A stretch of DNA of 18,537 bases, taken from contig JBHHYI010000084.1 in NCBI GenBank assembly GCA_046757525.1, positions 1 to 18,537 of the forward strand. The letters run 5' to 3'. The translations under genes and the position numbers were made by a program. How positions within the stretch are numbered: the first letter of the stretch is position 1; each line of letters starts with the position of its first letter. Positions 17,406 to 18,537 of the stretch are shown here, one piece after another. The notes beneath the pieces were generated by a model that saw only the letters and a program-made list of their open reading frames with translations, ran no database searches and had not been told where the DNA came from. Source of the DNA: a bacterium (GTDB lineage: Bacteria > Zhuqueibacterota > Zhuqueibacteria > Oceanimicrobiales > Oceanimicrobiaceae).

Positions 17406-17749
17406 AGCGCAATATTGCTTTGTATTTTCAGGACATTATTGACAATATGGAAAAGGCTGAGGAATTTGTTGGAGCCTTAAGTTATGAAGATTTCTCCACG
17501 GATGCGAAAACGTCTTATGCTGTGGTGCGCTGCATAGAGATCATAGGGGAGGCTGCGAAGAATATCCCACCAGAAATTCGGAAAAAATACCCTGAAATAC
17601 CCTGGAAAGAGATGGCTGGCATGCGGGATAAAGCCATCCATTTTTACTTTGGGGTGGATCCTCAGAAGGTCTGGCTGGTTGTGAAAGAGCGCATTCCCAA
17701 AATAAAGCCGCCTCTCACGACCGTACTCAAAGAATTAACCAGTGCCTGA
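17402..17749 (+). CDS. hepT: HEPN/DUF86 RNase toxin (type VII TA)
   Basis: 115 aa with [14 protein letters not shown] and [11 protein letters not shown]. Intact Rx4HxY motif (RDKAIHFY). Confidence 0.92.
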   Translation: MKRNIALYFQDIIDNMEKAEEFVGALSYEDFSTDAKTSYAVVRCIEIIGEAAKNIPPEIRKKYPEIPWKEMAGMRDKAIHFYFGVDPQKVWLVVKERIPKIKPPLTTVLKELTSA

Positions 17750-17769
17750 GATGTTGAAACGAGTACAGA

Positions 17770-17942
17770 GTTAGCAAAACCCAGATTGCGGCTTATGATA
17801 ATTCTTTTCTCACTTTGAGCATATCGGGATGTAACGGATCTGACATTCCAATGTCTTTAACATTTATGGCGTCATAGCCTGACTTGCGAAGAAGTTCAAC
17901 AGATGAACGGGGCATATTTTCGTCACTCAGAAACCGCGGCAT
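17770..17942 (-). pseudogene. DUF5615 PIN-like nuclease pseudogene (frameshifted and 3'-truncated)
   Basis: ATG 17942 gives MPRFLSDENMPRSSVELLRKSGYDAINVKDIGMSD. After a frameshift near 17825-17840 the other frame reads RYAQSEKRIIISRNLGFAN. Both match the N-terminal half of DUF5615 PIN proteins, and similarity ends near 17770. Confidence 0.8.
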
Positions 17943-18099
17943 CCGAAACCTCGACCGACATATCCTTTCCAAGGAAGCAGTCCTCGGGTTCCGACTCGAT
18001 CGCTACCTACTCTCCGAGATATTCTCGCTCCAGCGAGTTTCTGAGCTTCTTGCAAATTTGATAGCCTCTTCTTGCCGCATCTGATTTCAATTTCAGCAT
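17923..18099 (-). pseudogene. Small TA-associated protein (DUF5678-like) with an internal TAG
   Basis: SD AGGAGA, then MLKLKSDAARRGYQICKKLRNSLEREYLGE*VAIESEPEDCFLGKDMSVEVSDAAVSE*. TAG at 18009-18007. The final TGA lies inside the PIN gene start. Confidence 0.6.
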
Positions 18100-18537
18100 A
18101 ATTTCTCTCCTGCCGGTTTACAGTAAAAGATAAATAGTCTCCCCGAAAAATTAAGTCAGAAATCCCTTTAGATTTGGTAGCCGAGTCGCACCAGGTTAGA
18201 TGAGTTGGCAGGTATAGAAGAAGTGATGGTACCTGTAAAAGCATGTGTGGCGCAGGCAATTCGGAGACGCAGACATCGAATGTGATCGAAAGGCGCCGCG
18301 CGGTCTTTCCGATGGTTTCTTCAACAGAAATTAAGGGGGTGGGATAAAATAAGTTACCCGTTAGGCTCCTGCCTGCCTGTGCTACGGCAGACAGGTAAGT
18401 CGCTATTTATTAATATCATTCTTAAACAGAATGTCCAAGTTAAATTATCCCGCCCCCTAAACTCGGTTGCGCCGTCACAAAAGTTAGCGATGGCCCCTTG
18501 TCGACACCCGTCTCCCAAAAGGTGCGACGAAGGGGCC
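18040..18537. repeat. Long direct repeat, copy 2 (runs off the window end)
   Basis: Matches 16223-16595 apart from an extra 126 bp at 18327-18452. Confidence 0.97.
18334..18458. mobile_element. 125-bp MITE-like element with a nested REP-like hairpin
   Basis: Terminal repeats AGGGGGTGGGATAA (18334-18347) / TTATCCCGCCCCCT (18445-18458), 13/14 match. Internal CCTGCCTGCC-N8-GGCAGACAGG at 18368-18395. Confidence 0.7.

Noticed and set aside
18007..18009. Internal TAG as pyrrolysine or stop-codon reassignment
   Set aside because: TAG ends normal genes in this window (311-313 minus, 11001-11003), no pyl genes are present, and the neighbouring genes are decayed.
17927..18259. 110-aa minus-strand ORF
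   Set aside because: The equivalent frame has a stop and an indel in repeat copy 1, resembles no family I know, and overlaps a better-supported SD-led gene in another frame.
16223..18537. Repeats as a CRISPR array or a DGR template/variable pair
   Set aside because: There are only two long copies and no short repeat-spacer periodicity. The mismatches are not confined to adenines, and no cas or reverse transcriptase gene is present.

Overview
Bacterial chromosomal DNA of roughly 50% GC. The orphan FlgD-Ig/T9SS-type C-terminal sorting domain and the gene content suggest an FCB-superphylum lineage such as KSB1 or Calditrichota (inference). Bases 1-15654 carry mostly unlinked genes: a 5'-truncated cupin, a DUF6503-like exported protein, an NnrS-like membrane protein (probably with an ATT start), a YgjP/M48 zinc hydrolase, an orphan TPR histidine kinase with a degenerate G2 box, a short single-domain asparaginase, a B12-binding radical SAM enzyme, a PrsA/SurA-like PPIase lipoprotein, a DUF2911-TPR protein, and an operon of a PIG-L deacetylase, a 48-aa membrane protein absent from the ORF track, and a sodium:solute symporter. 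Several long intergenic gaps hold related palindromic REP/MITE-like elements. Bases 15655-18537 are an AT-richer accessory patch. Two ~94% identical direct repeats (16223-16595 and 18040-18537, the second running off the window) enclose an orphan secretion-signal domain fragment, an intact MntA-HepT toxin-antitoxin pair, a frameshifted DUF5615 PIN pseudogene and an interrupted small TA-like gene. No rRNA, tRNA, CRISPR array, integrase or transposase was seen. Family names are recalled from motifs, not from database searches.
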